64,000 nucleotides of DNA, from positions 1-64,000 of IMG/VR virus record IMGVR_UViG_3300018080_004888, one strand, 5' to 3'. This DNA comes from a virus (Duplodnaviria > Heunggongvirae > Uroviricota > Caudoviricetes). The notes below the pieces were generated by a model that saw only the letters and a list, made by a program, of their open reading frames with translations, had not been told where the DNA came from and did not search any database. Shown here in pieces: positions 33,785-42,557 of the stretch (position 1 is the first letter of the stretch; each line of letters starts with the position of its first letter). The position numbers and the translations under genes were made by a program.

Positions 33785-34330
33785 TCACGACAAGCTCCAA
33801 AATCTCCTCAAATGACCTCTAGACCAATTTTTGGGAGCGTGAAGCTGCGATTTTCTTGGTTTGTTGTCTTTTCTCATTATCAACTCATAGTGTTCGTTAG
33901 ACCTGTTGCCTCTCGCCCAGAATAAATAGTAAGCCAATTCCCAAGCAGTGTCTTGCTCCATCGATATGTCACGTTCCGCTGAGATTTGATAGTAGTGCGG
34001 AGTTCTCATGCCGCCAACCGCGTAATCGTCTTCGTGCCCCTCCCAGATTTCATAAACGTGCCCACTCTCAAACTTCACCACGACGGACGGCCCGCAATAG
34101 TATTTGTCGGGCTTTCCGACCCACGCTTCCAACATTTTAACTTCCTTGTGCCGACTAAAATGTTTGGGACCATAGCCGAAGCCCCAGATCACCCTCCTGG
34201 GCCATCGCTGGATCTGTTCGGGAGCGAAAGGCGACGACCGAACTTGTTTTTGCGGCATTTGAGGAATGCCGCCAACCGCAACAACAGGCAACGCGGCGGC
34301 AGTTGCTTTTAGAAAATCTCTTCTATTCAT
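33785..34330 (-). CDS. Tat-signal secreted hypothetical protein (family member 13).
   Basis: MNRRDFLKATAAALPVVAVGG N-terminus. Confidence 0.5.
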   Translation of the reverse strand: MNRRDFLKATAAALPVVAVGGIPQMPQKQVRSSPFAPEQIQRWPRRVIWGFGYGPKHFSRHKEVKMLEAWVGKPDKYYCGPSVVVKFESGHVYEIWEGHEDDYAVGGMRTPHYYQISAERDISMEQDTAWELAYYLFWARGNRSNEHYELIMRKDNKPRKSQLHAPKNWSRGHLRRFWSLS

Positions 34331-34852
34331 TTTCTAGTTCCCCGTAGCAAGTCGAATACGGCCATTTCCGTTGATTTCGTCTCCATTCTTCTTATAGAAT
34401 TCCGCCGTTTCGTCATTGAATTCGCAGATCAAGGTGCCGTAGTAGATTTCCCCCTTAACCTCCTTAATGGAACCAAAGGTCATTGTCGCACCCCTCTCTT
34501 CGCCTTGGTGCCAAACGACGGCCATGCCAACTGAAAACGGCTCTGTGGTTAAATCGGGCATCAACTTCCCTCCTGAATACGCATGTGTAGTATTGCTGCG
34601 TAACCGATAGCACTTTCGATCTTACGCAATGCGGCATCTAGTTCGCCAACATCTGCAAGATCTTCCGCCTCACGAAGTCTGACATCGACATGGCACTCAC
34701 GAACATGACGAATGTCCGCATCAGGCGGGCGATTACGACAATGTTCAGAATGGCTGTGTTGGATGCCGTGGTATTTCTGATCTCCTCTTTGAAATGCTTT
34801 TTCGAGCATTGGGAGTATGTTTTCGCGAACATACTGCATTTTGTCGGTGTAA

Positions 34853-35731
34853 TTATGTTTCATCGTATTTCAACTCCGGGTTATAGGCCATCCAAGAACC
34901 GAGTCCTTCAAAATAATAGCTTTCTGGTGTCGGGTGAAGATAAATTTTCCCGATATTTGAGAGAATTAGCCGTATTTTGCCCCAACAAAGTCTATTGCCT
35001 ATAGGAATAGCATCTTGTTTTCTAACATACGCATATGTCTTTTTCTCGCCAGAAAAACCGACTCCCATTCCTTCGTACAAGTATTTTCTGAAAGGAGATA
35101 TATGCCACGGACATCCTTCAAAAATTTCCTTGCCATTTTCAATTCTTGGGTGCTTCTTTCCACGTCGCTCAAACCTCACAACAGGAAGATTCTCAGGATT
35201 TAGCCCACAGCGATATTGGGGCCAGTCATCTTCTTCGTCGGGAGCAGCGGCTCCAGCGGTCATGGCTTTCATGCTTCGCCAAATAACCTCCTTGGCATAA
35301 GTTTTGAACCCAATGCCATCAAAGGGCCGCAGTTCTCCAATAAGCTTATCGCTATTCCTTTTCCAAAACTCGGCGGCATAGAGCAGCCGATTCTCCAGGT
35401 TTTCCCGCACCTTTTTTTGCAACTCTTGAGTCCCCTCGAAGTTATAAATAGTCCACTCACCCATTTTGCCCCACAGGGGCTTCTCAGGATCGATGAGTGC
35501 CCCTTTGACGTAATATTTCCCGGTCATATCGTAGACGCGCATGATTTTCCACGTCGCATAATGTATGAGCTTTTCGTATTCGGTCAGCAACCACCCAACC
35601 TCTTTAGGGGTGAGCGAGTCAAGGGCCTTGGCCCCTATCACAGGATCAACCTCTTTCGCCAATCCTTGCCCTAAAGGAATTCCCGCTAGCGGCAATGCGG
35701 CACCGGCTTTCAAAAAGTCACGACGATCCAT
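34853..35731 (-). CDS. Tat-signal secreted hypothetical protein (family member 14).
   Basis: MDRRDFLKAGAALPLAGIPLG N-terminus. The C-terminal NGKEIFEGCPWH...RLCWGKIRLIL domain is paralogous to repeats in 32950..33777. Confidence 0.5.
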   Translation of the reverse strand: MDRRDFLKAGAALPLAGIPLGQGLAKEVDPVIGAKALDSLTPKEVGWLLTEYEKLIHYATWKIMRVYDMTGKYYVKGALIDPEKPLWGKMGEWTIYNFEGTQELQKKVRENLENRLLYAAEFWKRNSDKLIGELRPFDGIGFKTYAKEVIWRSMKAMTAGAAAPDEEDDWPQYRCGLNPENLPVVRFERRGKKHPRIENGKEIFEGCPWHISPFRKYLYEGMGVGFSGEKKTYAYVRKQDAIPIGNRLCWGKIRLILSNIGKIYLHPTPESYYFEGLGSWMAYNPELKYDET

Positions 35732-36450
35732 GATTTCCTCCTAGAAACAGAGATAAAGACAGGTACGGCCTTTTCTCGCGATAAGGCCTTGAGTGGAAAA
35801 GTCGGCAAAACGACCAAAAACTTTCTCCATGCCTTCGTATATGGATTCAAGCTCTTTCGTTTCCATAACGCTATCCTTCGGCAACTTCAAGGGAATATAA
35901 ACCGAAGAACAATCATCGTCTTTCTCGGGGACCACCTCAACGTTCTTCCAGTCAATCCCTCCATAGCTTCCTGGCGGAAACATACAAAGGGCTTTTTTAA
36001 TGTTCGTCTTGTTCAGTTTCATCTTCTTCCTCCGGGGCGGCATTCAAATTTTCGATATCATCATCGGGCCAATCCCTACGGATTTCGTGCATGAAAACCT
36101 CGAAATGCTTTTCGAGAATATCGGGCTGTTGTTTGATTGTCTTCAACAACTCTTTTGCCGCCAAGTGCGGGGCAGAGAAATCCCCAATCCCTTCGTAAAA
36201 ATCGACATCCAAAAAACACTGATTGACATAGTTCCGATTCGGTATAAGCCTAATCGTTATGTGACTCGCTGTTTCTTTAACCACAATTTGTGATCCCCAC
36301 CCAATGTAGGCACGATATTCATAACCGCGATCTGTATTCTTGCAATTCCAGTCTACGTCGAGATTCTTAGTCTTCTTCGTAAGCTCCTCACAAACCTCCC
36401 CCACCATTTCTTTTTGGCGGTTCTTGAGATTGTTCAGCCGTTTTTCTATG

Positions 36451-36912
36451 TCAGGTCGAGGACGCGGCGGGGCCTCCGGTCGAGGCTTCGGATAATCCGG
36501 CTCCTTCGCCTCCTTTTTCCTTCGGAACATAAACTTCCTCCTCTGGTAACTTGGACCAGTTCCATGCAATGGATACGAACGCAGCAAATAGAAGAGTGGA
36601 ACCTATAAACATTAGAATAATAGTCAATACGCCCAACAAACCAGTTCCACACTCCACTTCTGGTGGTAGCTTGTTATATTTATCGAAATTCGGTTCGTGT
36701 CCGAAAAGCCAAAAAGGAGCCCTAATCATCTCCCAATAAAGGCCTGGGTTAAACCAACCGAATGAAAAAATGGGAGTCAATATTCTACGGAATATCCCTA
36801 AAAGAATAGCCACAATAGTGGTTATCACAAACATTCTTCTTAGGCTAAATCGCGGATACGATTTTTCCTTGGGCAGGGGTCCGATATCGAATAGAAATAG
36901 CTGTTCAGCCAT
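36451..36912 (-). CDS. Hypothetical membrane protein.
   Basis: ORF of 153 aa with several hydrophobic helices. Confidence 0.3.
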   Translation of the reverse strand: MAEQLFLFDIGPLPKEKSYPRFSLRRMFVITTIVAILLGIFRRILTPIFSFGWFNPGLYWEMIRAPFWLFGHEPNFDKYNKLPPEVECGTGLLGVLTIILMFIGSTLLFAAFVSIAWNWSKLPEEEVYVPKEKGGEGAGLSEASTGGPAASST

Positions 36913-37855
36913 TCTTAGTATTTTCTACCACAATGGGGACAAGAATTTTCGATTTCGTCACCATACTGACGGACCAGGGCACGCTTGATGCGTTGCTTTG
37001 ACTTCGCATAGCCTAAAGCTCGCATCTTCCGAACTTCGGCCTTGCACTCTTTGGGCCAACAAGCATTCTCGAAATCTTTGAATGTAGCGATTCTGCATTC
37101 TATAAAGTCGAACAAGGCATCCCTTGTATGAGTTTTCAAAGAACGGCTTGAAATTAAGCATAAACCCGCTCTCCTTCCAGTTTAAGAAGCCCGCATCTTT
37201 GCATGTCCTCAAGTACCATTTCTAAAGTTGTACCAGATGGATAGCAAAAACTTCCTGTTGCTTCGATAATATCCCCCGCTTCGTCAATCGTCAGTCCGTT
37301 TGGTCCCTGTGCTTCCCTGAGTGCGTCTTGTAATTTGTGAAGACCAAATTTCTTTCTCATGGATGGCTTGACTCCAAGGTTATTGAGACTGGTTGCAGAT
37401 GAGGAATTTTATCAAAATAGCCGTATAGGGTCAATGTGGAAAAACCTTCAATTAAAGCCCATTTCTTCCCACCAAGGCTCGTCTGGGGGAGCTTGGCCCT
37501 TCCGGCGAACAATGCCGCCCAATCGCTCCAAAAGAATGGGTACTGTGGGACGCCTAGTGGCTTTGCCGCGATGGAATTTGGCTCGTATCTCGATATACCT
37601 TTTCAGGCTGTTCATTGGGATCATGCAATCCCACTCCTGGAGCATTACCAGATCTCCGATGATTTCTTTGTAATGAAAATCAGGATCAGTAATCTTCTCC
37701 TTTGTGATGTCTCGTACCAAACCGCGAAAACTGGCTACGTCATAATTCGTAATCATCCCTTTCTTGATTATGCGATTCAAGAAATTCGTAAATCGTTGCT
37801 CGGCAGAAATCTTCTGAGTCATATCGGCAATATACGAATTTTCGGAAATTCATCA

Positions 37856-37894
37856 ATAGAAAAAGCCCCTTTTCGCCTGCGGCGAAAAGGGGCT
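37856..37894 (-). terminator. Intrinsic terminator for the minus-strand gene ending at 37920.
   Basis: AGCCCCTTTTCGCC-TGC-GGCGAAAAGGGGCT hairpin followed by a U-run on the minus strand (TTTTCTAT). Confidence 0.5.
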
Positions 37895-37919
37895 AAATAA
37901 AACAAACGGCGGTGTGTTG

Positions 37920-38138
37920 CTACACCAAAGGTGTTATTCGTTTATTCCATGATTTTTTGGCTTGTTCTAGTTCGTCAAAATAGCAATTGATCGATATGAT
38001 GGGACCATAGTCGGTACAAGCATGTTCCCAATTATAACCATAGGCAAGCTCCTCCAAAACTGGTTTTTCACCACAAAAGGGGCACGGCAAAAAATCATCC
38101 ATGTGCTGTGATTTGCTCATGACCAAAATTCCTTTCAA
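37920..38138 (-). CDS. Lar-family restriction-alleviation-like small protein.
   Basis: LPCPFCGEKP N-terminal zinc-ribbon motif characteristic of Lar-family proteins. 72 aa. Confidence 0.4.
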   Translation of the reverse strand: MKGILVMSKSQHMDDFLPCPFCGEKPVLEELAYGYNWEHACTDYGPIISINCYFDELEQAKKSWNKRITPLV

Positions 38139-38329
38139 AGAAGAATCATCCCGTAGGCAGGATTCTGTTTTATGCCGCCATTTATCTATTGGCCCCTACC
38201 ATGCCTTACGGGCCGCTCACCCCCTCGGCAAATTTGGGTTGCATCCTCGGTGGTGCAGGCGAGCAATGCTCTCCCACCTTAAGCGGAAATGTCCTGACCT
38301 TCCTCACCTTAGTGCGGCGGCTCAGACGA

Positions 38330-39682
38330 TTACTTCTTCAACAGAACTTTCACAAGTTCATGCTTTTTCATCTCATACCATGCAGCGACACCTTTCTTCT
38401 TGGCCATCGCTTGCAACTCTTTGACCGTGCGGGCTTCGAGCCGACGAATTCTCAATAACTCCCGCTTCTTTTGGGCGATACTAGGACGACTTTTCGCCGT
38501 TCTCTTTTTGGCCTTTTTCTTGGTTTTGCTCTTGGCGGCTTTGAGAATCTTCTTCTCTGCACTTTTAGTCCTCATTTCATCCCTTCGCTTTTGGTTAGGA
38601 TGGAGCCCTTCTTGGTCGAGGAAGTCACTCAACATTCGATAGCCATCGAAATGATACGCATCAAGCTGACTTAAATCTCGCTCGTTGTTGTCGCGTTCTT
38701 CGCGGTCTTCCTTTTTGTTCTTCTTGAATTCCGCAGCAAGTCGTTTGACTTCCTTTTTGACCTTCTGCAATAGCTTATGCCCCTCAAGCATTTTGAACAG
38801 CTTTTCTTGGACATGCTCATATTCATGCAGGTTCCTTGAAATCTTAAGCATCAGGAGCAGCCGAGTCTCGAAAAATTCAGGATCGTCGTAGGCCAAAGAG
38901 TGTCGCTTTTCCTGGTCTTTGGCTTTTCGCTTTGCCTTCACATGAGCTTTCACCAAAGCAATGTGATCTTCCGCCAACTCTTTCAAGGGCTTCTTCATAA
39001 GTCGTGGAAAATAATGGTGCGTACAATCACTTTGCATGAATTTTGTTACGACATCCCACTCTTCTTCGCGATAAGGATAAACATTTCCATAAAGGATCTG
39101 CATCATTTCTCGAATCACGTAAGCCTTGGCGATATCGCTGCGATTGCTGAAAATTCGGAAACATTCTCCCATGATCTTGCTGGTAATCTTGGAAACCTCT
39201 ACGTGCTGCTCCAAGAAATCATCGGGATACCTTCGGAGGTAATAGATCAACTGCTCGACCCATTGATAGACCTCGACCACATAACCCAACGCGGGGCCTT
39301 CAAAACCCTCCTTCACCAAGGAAGCAAGCGACGTATGTTTCAAGGCATCAAACGGCCTGTCCGAATCATCACCGAGATCGATCACTTCATCCTTATTTCT
39401 GATCGCCTCCTCCAGATGATGGCAAATAGCCATCTCCCAAGGAGTATGGGGCTCATGTGTAATCGTGTTCGATGAACTAGATCCCATAAACCAGTGCAAG
39501 GCATTCGTATGGTGACCGAAAAAACCATGCCAAAGCTGATCGACGAGATCAAAGACCTCCTTGTACTCGTTTCGGGTATAGGAGTCGATTTGGTAGTCTT
39601 TCTCGAAACTCTGGCGGATACCCGCCAACCCTTTGAGGGCAAAATACACACCTCCCAATCGTTCGTTGTCGCTAAGACCCAT
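38330..39682 (-). CDS. Hypothetical protein with a Lys-rich linker and a C-terminal Rho_N/SAP-like domain.
   Basis: C-terminus RTVKELQAMAKKKGVAAWYEMKKHELVKVL fits the Rho termination factor N-terminal/SAP-like helix-extended-helix pattern. The N-terminal 300 aa are not recognised. Confidence 0.4.
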   Translation of the reverse strand: MGLSDNERLGGVYFALKGLAGIRQSFEKDYQIDSYTRNEYKEVFDLVDQLWHGFFGHHTNALHWFMGSSSSNTITHEPHTPWEMAICHHLEEAIRNKDEVIDLGDDSDRPFDALKHTSLASLVKEGFEGPALGYVVEVYQWVEQLIYYLRRYPDDFLEQHVEVSKITSKIMGECFRIFSNRSDIAKAYVIREMMQILYGNVYPYREEEWDVVTKFMQSDCTHHYFPRLMKKPLKELAEDHIALVKAHVKAKRKAKDQEKRHSLAYDDPEFFETRLLLMLKISRNLHEYEHVQEKLFKMLEGHKLLQKVKKEVKRLAAEFKKNKKEDREERDNNERDLSQLDAYHFDGYRMLSDFLDQEGLHPNQKRRDEMRTKSAEKKILKAAKSKTKKKAKKRTAKSRPSIAQKKRELLRIRRLEARTVKELQAMAKKKGVAAWYEMKKHELVKVLLKK

Positions 39683-39683
39683 T

Positions 39684-40325
39684 TTAGTAAGCTCCTATCT
39701 TTAAATCTTTCAAAGTGATGCACCAGTTCTGTCTACGTGGCTTCTTCTCCAGACAGAAATCAACAATCTCTTCTGCCGCTATCGAGATGGTTAGTAGAAT
39801 CAAATTTCTAGCCAGCGGATAATCGCACACGTCATCGTCGTTGTCTTGAGGCACTTTGTAAACCTCATCCCAGGCAACTTCGCCATAGTCGGCGTGAAGG
39901 CCCGCATGAAGGCAAGGAATCTTCCTTGCCTGACATTCGTCCTGCACCAACTGTCGGGACTTACTGTTATCGAATCCGTCGATAACCAAATCGCTGCCCT
40001 TGAGCAACTTTTTGGCATTGCCGCCCTTCAATTCCTTCGAAACCGCCTCGACTTCAACAGACACCGCTCGGAAAACGCGGTTCTGTACCGCGTTTACTTT
40101 CAATGCACCCACGTCACCCTCTTCGAAAATCTGGGTATTGAGGTTGTGTTGCTCAACTCGGTCCATATCGATAGCTCGGATCTGAGAGAAGCCCTGTCGA
40201 GCGAGACTCTCGATCAAATTGCTACCGATAGCTCCGCAACCGCATACCGTTAGCTGAAAAGTACCTAGCTTCTTCACTAGGTCTTTTCCTCTATAGATTT
40301 CTTCGTGGTGAAACTTGGTTCGCAT
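39684..40325 (-). CDS. ThiF/MoeB-family E1-like adenylyltransferase.
   Basis: VCGCGAIGSNLIESLARQG...IRAIDMDRVEQHNLNTQ is the canonical ThiF-family nucleotide-binding signature. The start overlaps the stop of the upstream JAB gene (ATGA). Confidence 0.7.
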   Translation of the reverse strand: MRTKFHHEEIYRGKDLVKKLGTFQLTVCGCGAIGSNLIESLARQGFSQIRAIDMDRVEQHNLNTQIFEEGDVGALKVNAVQNRVFRAVSVEVEAVSKELKGGNAKKLLKGSDLVIDGFDNSKSRQLVQDECQARKIPCLHAGLHADYGEVAWDEVYKVPQDNDDDVCDYPLARNLILLTISIAAEEIVDFCLEKKPRRQNWCITLKDLKIGAY

Positions 40326-40735
40326 TATTTTTTCATTTCCTTTCGGATTTTGCCTGGAATTCTTCCAATGAAAATATTACCGAATCTCCTGATCCAGCCA
40401 GTAACGTGTTTCGTTTCATCGTCAATGAACCAATGGGCTTTCAGCCCATTGGTTCCCTTTATACAGCACAATAACGGCTTACCGAAGCATACGGTCCAGG
40501 CCCCCATTGTAGCATAATCAGTTCCCGAAGGACTGGCGGGCATTTGAGGATGCGTATGGTAGAAACCGATGATATCGCCATGCTCATCTTCTCGATCCAT
40601 GACCTTTTGAAAATCGAACGCAACATTGGCAGGAGAACCTTCCGTATGCCATTGTCCGATTCCGTACCAGTATCTTCCTACACAACCTCCTGTTAATGCC
40701 AAATATGTTTCGTTCATTATCCCCACCAACTGCAT
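40325..40735 (-). CDS. JAB/MPN (JAMM) metalloprotease.
   Basis: Complete JAMM motif HTHPQMPASPSGTD (HxHx7Sx2D) with an upstream Glu. Confidence 0.7.
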   Translation of the reverse strand: MQLVGIMNETYLALTGGCVGRYWYGIGQWHTEGSPANVAFDFQKVMDREDEHGDIIGFYHTHPQMPASPSGTDYATMGAWTVCFGKPLLCCIKGTNGLKAHWFIDDETKHVTGWIRRFGNIFIGRIPGKIRKEMKK

Positions 40736-40905
40736 GAGTCGTATTCTTCTAAATCAATGATATCCAATCTACAACCTCGGGATCGGCCACAACATCTATG
40801 CATTGCATGAATAAGCTCATCCTCGGTCGTTTCTTCATCTACCAAAAGCTGCACCGCCTCTAGTGGAAGTAATTCCCCCACCACTTTTTCGTCCTCCTGT
40901 TCCAC
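40717..40905 (-). CDS. Small hypothetical protein (62 aa) in the E1/JAB operon.
   Basis: Overlaps the JAB start by 19 nt. Acidic and Cys-containing. Ends WWG, not the GG expected of a ubiquitin-like tail. Confidence 0.3.
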   Translation of the reverse strand: MEQEDEKVVGELLPLEAVQLLVDEETTEDELIHAMHRCCGRSRGCRLDIIDLEEYDSCSWWG

Positions 40906-40923
40906 ACTCTCCAGCCGATACCC

Positions 40924-41307
40924 TTAATCGCCTTCGCGACGTACTTCTTCTTCATCATCCAACTCCACCGCTTGAATTACGATTTTTTGGGTTGCTTCTT
41001 CAAGCTGTTCCAGTCGTTTGATCCCCTTTCTGAGCTTTAACGCATCTTCCCTTGTCAATTCGTGATGAGAGAAAAAGATCGGGAAACCGTTGATAGAGCG
41101 ACCTGTTCTAATTTGGTCATAATATTCATAAAGCTCAACGATGTCCTTATCTTTCATCTCCTGGATTTGTTCATCATCCAGAAAGGCCGCAGCCATGAAA
41201 ATCATACGCATTAAATTCTTGACTTGATTTTCAGGAATCATCCACGATCCGAAGACTTTCCCCTCATATACGTCTTTAGCCAATTGGGCTATTTGTTCGT
41301 TAGTCAT
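40924..41307 (-). CDS. Hypothetical protein (127 aa) in the E1/JAB operon.
   Basis: Contains no Cys, so it is not a canonical E2. Confidence 0.3.
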   Translation of the reverse strand: MTNEQIAQLAKDVYEGKVFGSWMIPENQVKNLMRMIFMAAAFLDDEQIQEMKDKDIVELYEYYDQIRTGRSINGFPIFFSHHELTREDALKLRKGIKRLEQLEEATQKIVIQAVELDDEEEVRREGD

Positions 41308-41698
41308 TCGACATTATCCTGCAAAATTTCTTCGCCAGTTCCCAGCCTTGTTTGGTTGGTTTGAAACGAGCAATGGGAGATTTCCACCCAATCTTGTCCG
41401 AAAAATGGGGATCAATCAATTTTTGCTCTTTAAGTTGCTTGAGTGTCACGTCGCGGTAGACCAGAATTTTAATCCCTTCAAAATTCGTACAACCTGGATA
41501 CTTGACTTTCAAAACCAACCAATAGACGCCGTTTGTGGCAAAATCACTAGGTTCGCCCGGTATTCCTTCCGAATTGCTGCACCACCAAGCTTCGAGGATC
41601 TCATAATTACTAGGATCGGGATTGCCGGGCAAAGGTTCGGGAACTTTCCCCGAACCTTTGTCGGGATACGAATCACTACTAAAAAGACTGATCCCCAT
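41300..41698 (-). CDS. Hypothetical protein (132 aa) in the E1/JAB operon.
   Basis: Overlaps its neighbours by 8 nt. Contains three Cys. No HPN motif. Confidence 0.3.
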   Translation of the reverse strand: MGISLFSSDSYPDKGSGKVPEPLPGNPDPSNYEILEAWWCSNSEGIPGEPSDFATNGVYWLVLKVKYPGCTNFEGIKILVYRDVTLKQLKEQKLIDPHFSDKIGWKSPIARFKPTKQGWELAKKFCRIMSND

Positions 41699-41699
41699 A

Positions 41700-42557
41700 T
41701 CACCACCTATTCCTACCTTGAGATTCCCTCATAACACCGACCAAACTCTGCAAGTCGAATCGGCGGTCCTGTCCCGAAAGACAAATGCCAGCCGAAGATA
41801 CCTCTAGGGTATCCCGATCAACGGTACTACTGTGCCGTCGTCCATCGACTTCGTATTCAATCGTGTATGTATTGCCTCGATCCACATAACTGCGGAACAC
41901 GGCACCGCCACGCTCCAATGAATCCCGAATTCTTTCTTCCTCTCGGTCCTTCTTGGATTCGATCTCGCGGTAATGTGCAATCTGATAGGCCAATCGCTCT
42001 TCGCGAGTTGTTCCGGCCACGCTAATTTTGTCGGGATCATGCTCTTCCGACAACAAATCCCGAAGCTGTCTCGCTACCCGAGGGCTTCGGAACGAAGACG
42101 AACCATCGAACCAGAAATGCTCGCCGTCAAAACGAACATCAATAGTGTCGAATACCTGAACTTCTTCCGTCAATGAAATTGGAACCTGTCCCTCGATTTT
42201 GATTCGAGAATCAGCGTTCGCCATGATTCCAAGAACCCGATCCCCTCGCTGACAAACGATCATTGCAAAACGAGGGCACAAGTCCAAATACTGTCGTCGT
42301 TCGGCCATCGTCGGCTCACGTAAAAACCTTGCCGACCGTTGATCTACGGCTTGAAAAATACCCCAGCCCTCAAAATCACGCGGCTCGACCCGAAGGTTTA
42401 CAACAATGTTCGCAATGCGCACCCGTACCGGCTGTCCTCTCAAGACCGGAGCGAAAAATTCCGTCTTGAAGAACTTGTCTTCTTCCGCAGCCAACTTGTC
42501 AAAAAGGTTACGATCCATTTTCTCCCTCATCAATTCCCGCCGTCTCCAATGCTTCAA
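41700..42557 (-). CDS. Hypothetical protein (285 aa) in the E1/JAB operon.
   Basis: Tightly spaced upstream gene (2-nt gap). Confidence 0.3.
   Translation of the reverse strand: MKHWRRRELMREKMDRNLFDKLAAEEDKFFKTEFFAPVLRGQPVRVRIANIVVNLRVEPRDFEGWGIFQAVDQRSARFLREPTMAERRQYLDLCPRFAMIVCQRGDRVLGIMANADSRIKIEGQVPISLTEEVQVFDTIDVRFDGEHFWFDGSSSFRSPRVARQLRDLLSEEHDPDKISVAGTTREERLAYQIAHYREIESKKDREEERIRDSLERGGAVFRSYVDRGNTYTIEYEVDGRRHSSTVDRDTLEVSSAGICLSGQDRRFDLQSLVGVMRESQGRNRW

Noticed and set aside
40717-40905. Considered the 62-aa ORF upstream of JAB as the ubiquitin-like substrate of the E1/JAB pair.
   Set aside because: The C-terminus ends ...SWWG, not GG, and the sequence is acidic and Cys-rich, not beta-grasp-like. 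I cannot support a Ubl call without structure prediction.
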